From Theionarchaea archaeon (GTDB lineage: Archaea > Methanobacteriota_B > Thermococci > Methanofastidiosales > SZ-28-30), in the NCBI GenBank assembly GCA_018992565.1, contig JACVGW010000003.1, positions 178 through 64,177 of the forward strand: a stretch of DNA of 64,000 nt, written 5' to 3'. The position numbers and the translations under genes were made by a program. A model generated the notes under the pieces. The model searched no databases and had not been told where the DNA came from. It saw only the letters and a list, made by a program, of their open reading frames with translations. Below are positions 29,250 to 37,558 of this stretch, one piece after another. The stretch's first letter is position 1. Each line of letters starts with the position of its first letter.

Positions 29250-30041
29250 TTACTTGGGTAGTCTTCCCAGTTCCACCACTCCTTTGGAAACGATGCGCTG
29301 GACTGTTGTTCTGGATCCGATCTTCAGGCTGCCATCACACATGACTTTCTGAAGGACGCTGTCAGATCCCACGTAGATATCTCCTTTACAGTACACATCT
29401 TCTTTCACTTCGCAGAAGTTCCCTATTTCCAGCTGGACTTCTATGTTAACGGGCGAATTAATGATATTTCTGTCTCCTAGAGAAGCATCCTTGCCTTTGA
29501 TGGAACCCTTGAACTCGCACTCTGCCTTGCTCTTCACTGTTGAAGCCACGACATCACCATATACCATATTCTTGTCGCCGAGGTGTACTTCTTCTCCTGC
29601 CTCGATATTCCCTTTTATAATGACTCCATCTCCCAGGTGAATGCTGCGGCTTGTTTTCAGCCCTCCGGTAAGAACTAGATCATCAGAGAGGCTGATGTCT
29701 GAGTCTCTAGCCACAATGGCAAAGGTTTTCAGGGAAATCTCATCCTTCTTCTGCTGTATTACCTGCTGAAGTTCGGAGATTTCAAGGTTTTTCTCTTCAA
29801 TCATCTGTTTTAGCTGCCGCTCCGTCTCCGTAAAATTCTCCACCTTATCCAAGAGAGCCTGGTTATCCTCAGTGAGCCTCTCGGCTACTTCTCTCAGCTT
29901 GGATACTCCGCCGTATTCCTTTCTGTACGTCTCCAGCTCTCTGGTGAGACGGGAATTTTCATCCCGCAACTCGGTGGCCATCCGTCTTAGAGATTCTATG
30001 ACCTCATCTTTTCCTTTATCAAAGAGCCCCATGCTGTTCAA
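29250..30041 (-). CDS. bactofilin-like (DUF583/CcmA-type beta-helix) polymer-forming protein with an N-terminal coiled coil
   Basis: C-terminal half shows repeated Gly-punctuated segments (LTGGLKTSRSIHLGDGVIIKGNIEAGEEVHLGDKNMVYGDVVAS...GSIKGKDASLGDRNIIN) typical of the bactofilin beta-helix; N-terminal ~100 aa are heptad-like. Confidence 0.45.
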   Translation of the reverse strand: MNSMGLFDKGKDEVIESLRRMATELRDENSRLTRELETYRKEYGGVSKLREVAERLTEDNQALLDKVENFTETERQLKQMIEEKNLEISELQQVIQQKKDEISLKTFAIVARDSDISLSDDLVLTGGLKTSRSIHLGDGVIIKGNIEAGEEVHLGDKNMVYGDVVASTVKSKAECEFKGSIKGKDASLGDRNIINSPVNIEVQLEIGNFCEVKEDVYCKGDIYVGSDSVLQKVMCDGSLKIGSRTTVQRIVSKGVVELGRLPK

Positions 30042-30190
30042 CCTCCATTCTTTTTCTCAATACCATATATATAGCTTTTTCCATTGCCATTGTCAGGCTG
30101 GTGAAGACCACTTTTGTTGCCAGGTTAGGCTCTCTTCCTCTCATGTGGGCAAGCAGGAATTTTCTCCTCACTTGAATGACAAAATTGAGC

Positions 30191-30652
30191 TCACACCGAG
30201 GAATTCTTCTTGACCAGCTCAAACAAGCACTGATTGGCCCCGGCAGCTTGACAGGAGGTCTCCCTGTACATGATGTCTTCCTCGTTGTAGTATCTGGAAA
30301 CCAGCCCCTCGAAAAATCCGGCAAGAAAGTGACACACAGGTTCATCACTTTTCTCATAGCCAGAAGCAATTGGGGAATCAATAACCTTGAATCGCATTTC
30401 TTCGGGATGAAAGGTGGCCTTGACAAAGCCAGTGGCCTCCAATTCCGCAAGAAGATCCTGGATGGTGGCACTTTCTTCCTCAGATTGCATAATCTCCATG
30501 TACCTGTCACCAAATTCTCTTCCTGCAGAATATAGAACCTTTGCCGCGGACGTGCCTATGGATGCCTCCAGTGTTTTCTGAATCTTCATGAAAATGCTGT
30601 TGAGCACCACCAATTTCCGCTTTTTTTCCACCGGCAGCAATTCTTTCATCAT
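30191..30652 (-). CDS. V4R-domain protein
   Basis: Conserved V4R region with Cys: PVCHFLAGFFEGLVSRYY...TSCQAAGANQCLFEL. Confidence 0.55.
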   Translation of the reverse strand: MMKELLPVEKKRKLVVLNSIFMKIQKTLEASIGTSAAKVLYSAGREFGDRYMEIMQSEEESATIQDLLAELEATGFVKATFHPEEMRFKVIDSPIASGYEKSDEPVCHFLAGFFEGLVSRYYNEEDIMYRETSCQAAGANQCLFELVKKNSSV

Positions 30653-30775
30653 ACCTCATTTCCATCGAGACTTATAAAGGTATAGTAGACGAGCAGAGGA
30701 GCAGTACGCACTCCTTCCTGCTGGCAATTCGAACCCTGCTGTCTCCCGCGCCTGTCATCGCGCCGGGAAGGCACT

Positions 30776-31570
30776 TTATGAGCCAAACCAACTATCCAAC
30801 CGTCTCTGTCCAGGTTGGGCTTTCTCGTAGGGAATATTCAGCAGGTCTTTCAGCATTCTGGCATTGGTGATTGCCTGTCCCCGGGGGTGGTTGTTGAACT
30901 GGAGATACAGTGTCTCAGTTGACAGGCGCATGTTCTGGACTTTGGGTACCCATTCCTTCAATTCCTCTTCTGTGTACTGGTAATCATACCAGTGGGAGGG
31001 GTTTCTCCCGTGCCATCTCACATATCCAAGATCTGATGTAACCCGCACAATAGGTTCCATCTTCACAGAATCTGTAACAACAAAGGCAGTGTGGCTGTCT
31101 CTGAGAAAAGAGTCGTCTGTCTTTGAATCCCACGAGGTATGACGGAATTCTACAGCAAACCGCACATTGTCAGGCAGAAAGTCCAGAAACTTCTTCAGGT
31201 TGTCTTCGTACTCTGTGGAGAACTTTGGAGGCAACTGTATGAGAAAACAGCCCAATTTTCCCGAGTCAATTAAGGGGAACATCAGAGAATAGAATTCCTT
31301 GAATACTGGTTCTGCGTTTTTGAGAAATCTCTTGTGGGTAATTTCTCTGGGAATCTTTGCTGTGAATCTGAAATCATCAGGTACCTTCTTGTTCCAGGAC
31401 AAGACGGCATACTTATTGGGAAGAGCATAAAAGGTTGAATTGATTTCTACCAGGTTGAATTCTCTTGCGTAGAACTCCAGCATCTTTCCCTTCTTGATAC
31501 CTTCGGGATAGAAGGGGCCAATCCAATCATCGTAGCTCCAGCCACTGGTTCCTATAAACAGAGTTCCCAT
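30776..31570 (-). CDS. DUF72 (YecE-like) family protein
   Basis: N-terminus FIGTSGWSYDDWIGPFYPEG and overall length match DUF72. Confidence 0.7.
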   Translation of the reverse strand: MGTLFIGTSGWSYDDWIGPFYPEGIKKGKMLEFYAREFNLVEINSTFYALPNKYAVLSWNKKVPDDFRFTAKIPREITHKRFLKNAEPVFKEFYSLMFPLIDSGKLGCFLIQLPPKFSTEYEDNLKKFLDFLPDNVRFAVEFRHTSWDSKTDDSFLRDSHTAFVVTDSVKMEPIVRVTSDLGYVRWHGRNPSHWYDYQYTEEELKEWVPKVQNMRLSTETLYLQFNNHPRGQAITNARMLKDLLNIPYEKAQPGQRRLDSWFGS

Positions 31571-32129
31571 AATATGGATTTACCTGCAGGGAGAAAAATG
31601 TTGCGGTAGATGTACCACCCTGAGTTTCCATGACCTCACTTACTGTGGTCATTGCCCCTGGAATTGAGATCTCTCACTTCGCACCAGCACACCTCCTTTG
31701 TGTCATGGCACCCGGTCAATAACGATTCACAGACACAATAAGATACTGGTGGTTCATCGCGAAGAAAGAGCAGAGCAGCGGAGAAGAGGAAACCAGAGGG
31801 GGGACTCTGTCTCTGGACTATAGTCAGAACCCTTCTGGTGCAGAATGGAACCCTCATCGCTTTAGAAAGAACCTGATCACTTCTTGTTCTTACGTGAATC
31901 CCAAAGAATGACGAGTGAAGAATGGGTTCAAATGTGTGAAATCTGAAGTGGGTGCGTGTCCATTTCTGGGTCAGATATCCCACAGAAAATTCGATATTCA
32001 GCCTAAGGACTCATCTCGCGAATAATTACTATCTAGCATTACCACTCCTGAACGATATATGCACTACTCTCCCTGTATAGATATTAGGTAGTAGCTCTAG
32101 AGGGAGTGATGATAATTCCAAGCGAAAGT

Positions 32130-32168
32130 TTTATAAAGTACAGTAACTACTAAGCCAGAGTAGTTACT
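32130..32168 (+). promoter_or_regulatory. TATA box (TTTATAAA, 32130-32137) followed 5 nt later by a perfect 10-bp inverted repeat AGTAACTACT-N7-AGTAGTTACT (32142-32168), a candidate operator overlapping the predicted TSS of the SBP gene
   Basis: Seen directly; AT-rich region; BRE-like AAAG upstream of the TATA; ~145-nt leader before the ATG at 32312. Confidence 0.4.
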
Positions 32169-32226
32169 ATTTTGAATAGTATCTACAACTGAGACAATCC
32201 CGGGCCGTTCACTGGATGAAGATGTC

Positions 32227-32246
32227 ACCTCCTTTGATCGGTATTG
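32227..32246. repeat. exact 20-bp direct repeat ACCTCCTTTGATCGGTATTG (copy 2); its CCTCCTTTG is complementary to the SD CAAAGGAGG at 32292-32300
   Basis: Identical to 21403..21422; can pair with the downstream SD (9-bp stem, ~45-nt loop) in the leader of the 32312 gene. Confidence 0.7.
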
Positions 32247-32311
32247 CACATTCGATCCGACATCACATCTGGTGGATGGCAAGGGAAATGGAGACCAAAG
32301 GAGGATTAAAA

Positions 32312-34213
32312 ATGAATACAAGAAAAATTTCGGCAATCCTGTCAGTTGTGCTCGTTGCTTCTCTCGTAATATCCCTTTTCGGAACTACCACCGTCGCTCA
32401 GGAGGAGACGATGACGCAGGTACCTTTCACCGAAGACTATTCAAAGTACCAGCCATTCTTCACCATTACGCAGATTGCACCCATTGGTAACAAAGTGAGA
32501 GAGCAGTACACCCAGGCTGTCAATCTTGATATGCCCAAGATTGGCATTCAGGCTGACTTCAAGTTGCTGGAGTTCGGTGACCTGATCAACAGAGAGTTCA
32601 ACAACTACTACGGAAGCACATTTGCGGAGGACGGATTCGACATTTCTTCGTTCGGTTGGTCTGTGGGTGTAGACCCAGACCCATTCGACATATTCCACTC
32701 TTCTGCTATGACACCAATTGGTAACAACGTCACATTCTGGTACTGCCCTGAGTCCGACGAGATGCTGGCTAAAGCACGAGTCGAGGCAGATCAGGCAACC
32801 AGAAAGGATTACCTGTGGAGATGGCAGGAGATTATCGCTGACGAGAAGCCTTACTGCGTAGTATATGTGCCACTGCTCATATGGGGCTCAACGGACAAAT
32901 TGGAAGGATTTGACCCACTGCTATGGCTGCAGAACTATTCCTTGGAAACCTGGGAGATCCCAGGAAAGGACACCATTGTATATGGATCACCTGCAGCTGT
33001 GGAGGGTATGCTGCCCTGGAGATGGAACTCAGTGTATGGTCGTTATCTGCACTCACAGATATTTGAAAGCCTGTGGCTTGTAGATAGCAACCTTATGATA
33101 ACACCACGACTTGCTGACTCAGCAACAGCAGGGCCTACCATTGTCTTTGCCCCCAGCGCTATTGACGATGCCTCAATTGAAGCTCTTGGACCTGATGTCA
33201 AGGAGTGCAAGGTGAATGACAAGCTCGCTGAGCCTGTCGTCTTCCCCAAGTACTTTGACCTCAAGATCAGAGAAGGTATCATGTTCCACGATGGCGTGGA
33301 AATGACCAGTGAGGACGTCAAGTGGTCAATGGATGCTGTTATCAGCGCAGACACTGCATTCCAGGGATGGGGTACATTCAGAGACATATACGAAAGCTCA
33401 GAAATCCTTGACAAGTACACAGTAAGAGTATATGTTGGAATGCCTCATGCCGCATGGGTTCTGTACTGTAACCCAACTGTGCTGCCAAAGCACGTCTACG
33501 GTAGTATCCCCATAACGGGAGCAGAAGCTGCCACCAGCTGGATGGAATCTGACATCAACAGGGGAGAGAACGTTGTTGGTTCTGGACCCTTCATGTTTGA
33601 CTCCTGGGAAGCTGACCAGTTCTGGAAGATGAAGAAGACACCCAACTACTGGGGTACCAAGTACGACGTTCCTGACCCACAATTCGAATACTTCTTGATC
33701 AAGTTGATACCTGAGAGAGAAGCTGCCCGTGTAGCTCTGGAAACTGGTGAAATTGACATCATGGATACCTACTACCAGCTCGGTGCAATTGCTCAGGACC
33801 TGGAAGCTACTCCTGGCCTGAAGCTGTGGACCACAGAAGACTTCGGATACCAGCACCTGCACTTCAACTGCCGCAACCCATACCTGGCCAACAAGTATGT
33901 GAGACAGGCTATCTCCCACTGTATTGACAGACAGGGAATTGTTGATAACCTGTTGGGTGGCTATGGTGTACCCGGTGCTAACCCTGTTGCTGTTCCCTCA
34001 TGGGCGTTCAACACCAACATTGCCCCAGATTCATACGATCTGGTTAAGGCACGAGAGCTCATGGACATGGCAGGATACCGTTACTTCATCGTTGAGAAAA
34101 CAAGCGAAGCAGGTGGAGAAGAAGAGGCCGGAGGCGGACTCTGTCTTGGAACCCTGTTCATAGCCCTTATGGTTTTGGGCGGAAATCTGCTGTATCTCAA
34201 GAAGAGAAACTAA
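32312..34213 (+). CDS. ABC transporter substrate-binding protein (peptide-binding, family 5); orphan paralog of 19477..21393 with an OppA1-type C-terminal Cys-TM anchor
   Basis: Start moved to MNTRKISA (AAAGGAGG 9 nt upstream); signal peptide; long stretches identical to the 19477 gene product; C-terminus GGEEEAGGGLCLGTLFIALMVLGGNLLYLKKRN; no permease or ATPase genes adjacent. Confidence 0.8.
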   Translation: MNTRKISAILSVVLVASLVISLFGTTTVAQEETMTQVPFTEDYSKYQPFFTITQIAPIGNKVREQYTQAVNLDMPKIGIQADFKLLEFGDLINREFNNYYGSTFAEDGFDISSFGWSVGVDPDPFDIFHSSAMTPIGNNVTFWYCPESDEMLAKARVEADQATRKDYLWRWQEIIADEKPYCVVYVPLLIWGSTDKLEGFDPLLWLQNYSLETWEIPGKDTIVYGSPAAVEGMLPWRWNSVYGRYLHSQIFESLWLVDSNLMITPRLADSATAGPTIVFAPSAIDDASIEALGPDVKECKVNDKLAEPVVFPKYFDLKIREGIMFHDGVEMTSEDVKWSMDAVISADTAFQGWGTFRDIYESSEILDKYTVRVYVGMPHAAWVLYCNPTVLPKHVYGSIPITGAEAATSWMESDINRGENVVGSGPFMFDSWEADQFWKMKKTPNYWGTKYDVPDPQFEYFLIKLIPEREAARVALETGEIDIMDTYYQLGAIAQDLEATPGLKLWTTEDFGYQHLHFNCRNPYLANKYVRQAISHCIDRQGIVDNLLGGYGVPGANPVAVPSWAFNTNIAPDSYDLVKARELMDMAGYRYFIVEKTSEAGGEEEAGGGLCLGTLFIALMVLGGNLLYLKKRN

Positions 34214-34244
34214 TTTACTTTTCTCTTTTTTTCTTTGCTTTTCC
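34214..34244 (+). terminator. oligo-T terminator after the SBP gene
   Basis: TTTACTTTTCTCTTTTTTTCTTTGCTTTTCC immediately after the TAA. Confidence 0.45.
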
Positions 34245-34359
34245 ACGGTTTAGTCTCAGATTCTGTAACAACCTCAGATCTCAAGAATTCTAACTGTAAC
34301 TCAGTAGACCCTCTTTTCATGTCCACTCAGGGTTCCTGCTCAGATTTACTGTTGAGAAA

Positions 34360-35175
34360 TCATTCGCCAACTCTTCCTGCAATATGGATCACTCTCTGAG
34401 GGAAGGGTATAGTAATTCCTGCTTTTTCCAGCCCTACCTTCATTTTCCACAGCAATTCCATCTGTACCGTATACCAGACCTGCGAAGGGGCCCACACTCT
34501 CACATTCAGGCGGACACTGCTGTCCCCCAGATCGTCCACAAAAACAGTCGGGCGAGGATTGACAAGGACAAAAGGATGGTCTTCGAGTACCTTCCTGATT
34601 ACCCTGATTGCCTCCTCAGCATCATCCTCATAACCTATCCCTATAGAATATTCAAATCTCCGTGCAGGGTATGCCACATAGTTGGTAATATTCGATGAAA
34701 ACACCTTCTCATTCGGTATCCTCACGTACATACCATCATATGTCCTCACTACAGTAGATAGCACACGAATGTCCTTGACAACACCCGAGATGTCTCCCAC
34801 ACATACCTGGTCCCCAATCTTGACAGGTCTTTCAATAATCAAGAAGAGTCCAGAAATCAAATTTGACACAACACTCTGGCTGGCGAATCCCAGTACGACG
34901 CCCGCAACCCCTCCGGCAACCAGAAGTCCTGTGAGGTGAAGACCCAGCAGGGGGAGTCCAATGACAATGCCCACACTGATTATACCGTAATATACAAGTT
35001 TTTCCAGGAGGCTGAGCATATATTCAGCAACTTTGTCCTTCAAGGCTCTTCGTATATTGGTCCTCACTATCCGGGCAACCACCACTGAGACAGCAACTGT
35101 TGCCAGAAACACCACAATGTCGCGCAGGGTAACGTCTCCATAAAGAGAAAAAGACTGATCGATCATAGCCCCCAC
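34360..35175 (-). CDS. MscS-family small-conductance mechanosensitive channel
   Basis: Three N-terminal TM helices, then the MscS beta-domain motif ERPVKIGDQVCVGDISGVVKDIRVLSTVVRTYDGMYVRIPN. Confidence 0.75.
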   Translation of the reverse strand: MGAMIDQSFSLYGDVTLRDIVVFLATVAVSVVVARIVRTNIRRALKDKVAEYMLSLLEKLVYYGIISVGIVIGLPLLGLHLTGLLVAGGVAGVVLGFASQSVVSNLISGLFLIIERPVKIGDQVCVGDISGVVKDIRVLSTVVRTYDGMYVRIPNEKVFSSNITNYVAYPARRFEYSIGIGYEDDAEEAIRVIRKVLEDHPFVLVNPRPTVFVDDLGDSSVRLNVRVWAPSQVWYTVQMELLWKMKVGLEKAGITIPFPQRVIHIAGRVGE

Positions 35176-35900
35176 TCCATGAGAAATGATTCCCTCTCCA
35201 TGACTAACACTCCACCGTGGTTAAAAATTCTGGCCCCTTCCTTCATGCCCTCAAGGGGAGGTTCTCCCAGAAATGACGTCTCAGCAGTGCCATTACTGCG
35301 GATTTTCACCACAGCATTCACCATTGCCACCTCCCTGTAGAATATTCTCATGTAGTGTACATCGAATACAAGGTTCCGTATTTCTTTTTGCTGGGAAGCA
35401 GAGTTCTCAATTTCCAGGTTCGCCACGCCTTCATACAGCGGGCTGACCTGTGGAATGTGAGTGTGAATACCACTTTGCCACATCTTACAGATGACACCAT
35501 TATCGGGCTCTCCATACAGTGTGTACTTTGGTCTTGTCAGGGTGAAAAGATCTATGGGCTCTTCTTCCCTCTTTGTATTAATGAAAAACCCCTGGTTCGT
35601 GGATTCCTCAGGTTCAGGAAAAACACCAATCTCGATGGGAAAGGTCAGAAAAAGGGTAATGGTGCTCTTGGGTGCTACCAACACGGGACATGCCAGGTTA
35701 ATCAGCAGATAGTGCGTTACCTTTTCCGGCTGCGTCACCGGTTCAACTGGGTTCACCTGGAGGTTGAGAGGAGATGACATGATTTTCTTGAGTTCACTAT
35801 CAGACTTCCGATGATACACATATACTCCCTCATCCTGATATGTTTCAAGAGTAGTAGAACCGAGGATGACTGGCTTCCCGAATTGATAGGAACCGAACAT
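35163..35900 (-). CDS. hypothetical protein
   Basis: 245-aa ORF overlapping the MscS start; no recognisable motif. Confidence 0.35.
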   Translation of the reverse strand: MFGSYQFGKPVILGSTTLETYQDEGVYVYHRKSDSELKKIMSSPLNLQVNPVEPVTQPEKVTHYLLINLACPVLVAPKSTITLFLTFPIEIGVFPEPEESTNQGFFINTKREEEPIDLFTLTRPKYTLYGEPDNGVICKMWQSGIHTHIPQVSPLYEGVANLEIENSASQQKEIRNLVFDVHYMRIFYREVAMVNAVVKIRSNGTAETSFLGEPPLEGMKEGARIFNHGGVLVMERESFLMEWGL

Positions 35901-36072
35901 GTCCCCTTTTCTCTCTTACAGTTTATAAAGGTTACAGTGCGGCTGAGGACATCTGGAGTCCATTCAGTCACCAGGATAGTCCCATTCACGCTCGACACGT
36001 GTTCGGGCAGTATCTTCACAGGAAAGAAAGGCTTAAGAAGATTCTCACCTGTCAGAGTATGGAGGTGCACCT

Positions 36073-36471
36073 ATGATGGGAACAGTACCTGATTCGCTCC
36101 TGACTGCACTCCTGGAGACAATCCCCATAGAATTCTCAGTGCTGGACAGAGATGATAGAGTGCTGGCATGGAACCGCCATGATACACGGATCTTCAAGAG
36201 GCCTCCCAGCGTCGTGGGAAGGAATGTCCGTGATTGCCATCCAAAGAAGAGCCTGCATAAGGTTGAACAGATTCTGAAAGAAATGAAAGAAGGAACTCGA
36301 GACAGGGCCAGGTTCTGGATTGATCTGGAGAGGAATGGAAACCCCTCAAAAATCCTCATCGAATACTACGCTCTGAGGGATGCAGAGGGGACTTACCTGG
36401 GCTGCCTGGAAGCCAGTCAGGACATCACAAGCATGCGAGAGCTGGAAGGAGAAAGACGACTGCTGGATTAA
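36073..36471 (+). CDS. small PAS-like domain protein
   Basis: PAS-fold-like segment FSVLDRDDRVLAWNRHDTRIFKRPPSVVGRNVRDCHP; low confidence. Confidence 0.35.
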   Translation: MMGTVPDSLLTALLETIPIEFSVLDRDDRVLAWNRHDTRIFKRPPSVVGRNVRDCHPKKSLHKVEQILKEMKEGTRDRARFWIDLERNGNPSKILIEYYALRDAEGTYLGCLEASQDITSMRELEGERRLLD

Positions 36472-36531
36472 GGGTTGAGGAGTTTCTCATCTCTTCATCC
36501 CGTTCACCTTTGATGTGTATCTTTCTGATGG

Positions 36532-37509
36532 TCACAGGTCAATGTTGAAGAACATCCTCAAGAAAAACCCTATGACAAAGGTTATCCCCGCTATACCAAG
36601 ACTGATAAGAGCCATTTCCAGAAATCGCCTCTTAAAGGACACATCCTGCACCACAGACACGTAAAAAGTGAACACCACAATCACCATGACTGCATTAAAT
36701 AATGCAATTCCAAGGCAGACGTAGTACGCGTCAAAAAGCAGGTAGGGAAAAATCAAGAGCAAGACCGTCCCCACGTAGGCGATTCCAGTATATACAGAGG
36801 CTTTCACTGGATTCTGATCAATTCCCTCAGATTTGGTGGACAAGTACTCTGAGGCTGCCATTGACAGAGAGGCTGCAATTCCTGTTATCAGTCCCACCAT
36901 GGCAATGAGGCTTGTTCGCTGTAGCGTCAGAGTAAACCCAGCCAGGGCACCTAAGAGCTCCACCAGTGCATCATTGAGCCCCAGGACAATGGAACCCACA
37001 TACTTGAGCTTTTCCTCGTCCAGTAATGCTATCAGTTCGTGTTCATGGACATCCTCGTCTTTTTGAATCTCTTTGGCCTCAGGAATGGTATCTGAGACTC
37101 TCTCATATATGTGCTGCGCCTTTTCTTCCCCCTTCTCCATCAATTTGATTCCAAATGTCAATCCCAATATCCTGGAGAGTATATAGTAGTACGTGATTTT
37201 CAACCGCGAGGGTTCCATGTCTCTGCCAGTGTACTCCTTCCAGAACTTGTAGTGAGTTAATTCATCCCGGGAAATCCTCTGGAGTATCTCTTTGTTCTGA
37301 GGGTTTCTCATGGACCTTGCCAGTCTCTCATAGATACAGTGTTCTGTTATTTCGGTTCTCTGTGCTGTCAGTATGATCTCTCTGGTCCTCTTGTCCAGCG
37401 GTTGCCGTGACATGGTGTAAAATGGCCTTTCCCCATATTTAAGAGTTTGTCCCTTCCAGGCTACTTCTGGACTTACTTTTTCCACAAATAGAGGCTGCTT
37501 TTTCCGCAA
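36532..37509 (-). CDS. ferritin/rubrerythrin-like domain fused to a VIT1/CCC1-family Fe/Mn transporter domain
   Basis: N-terminal ferritin-like helices (ERLARSM...DELTHYKFW) and a C-terminal VIT1 membrane domain (LGLNDALVELLGALAGF and terminal TM helices). Confidence 0.6.
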   Translation of the reverse strand: MRKKQPLFVEKVSPEVAWKGQTLKYGERPFYTMSRQPLDKRTREIILTAQRTEITEHCIYERLARSMRNPQNKEILQRISRDELTHYKFWKEYTGRDMEPSRLKITYYYILSRILGLTFGIKLMEKGEEKAQHIYERVSDTIPEAKEIQKDEDVHEHELIALLDEEKLKYVGSIVLGLNDALVELLGALAGFTLTLQRTSLIAMVGLITGIAASLSMAASEYLSTKSEGIDQNPVKASVYTGIAYVGTVLLLIFPYLLFDAYYVCLGIALFNAVMVIVVFTFYVSVVQDVSFKRRFLEMALISLGIAGITFVIGFFLRMFFNIDL

Positions 37510-37558
37510 GATTTAAAAGGTTGAACCCTGATAAGATGAGAACAATGGAGGAGACGCC

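Noticed and set aside
31636-31983. 115-aa minus-strand ORF between DUF72 and the SBP promoter
   Set aside because: There is no motif and no SD, and it lies in a region better explained as the divergent promoter/leader. It is too weak to call.
21430-32226. Possible integrated mobile element or genomic island delimited by the 20-bp direct repeats
   Set aside because: No integrase, transposase, tRNA attachment site or phage genes were found. Only the repeat geometry and accessory-type cargo are present, so it is reported as a recombination footprint and not called a mobile element.
32216-32311. Long N-terminal extension of the orphan SBP ORF (MKMSPPLIGIAHS…)
   Set aside because: The paralog alignment, signal peptide position and a strong SD (AAAGGAGG) support the ATG at 32312. 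The extension overlaps the leader with the 20-mer/anti-SD element.
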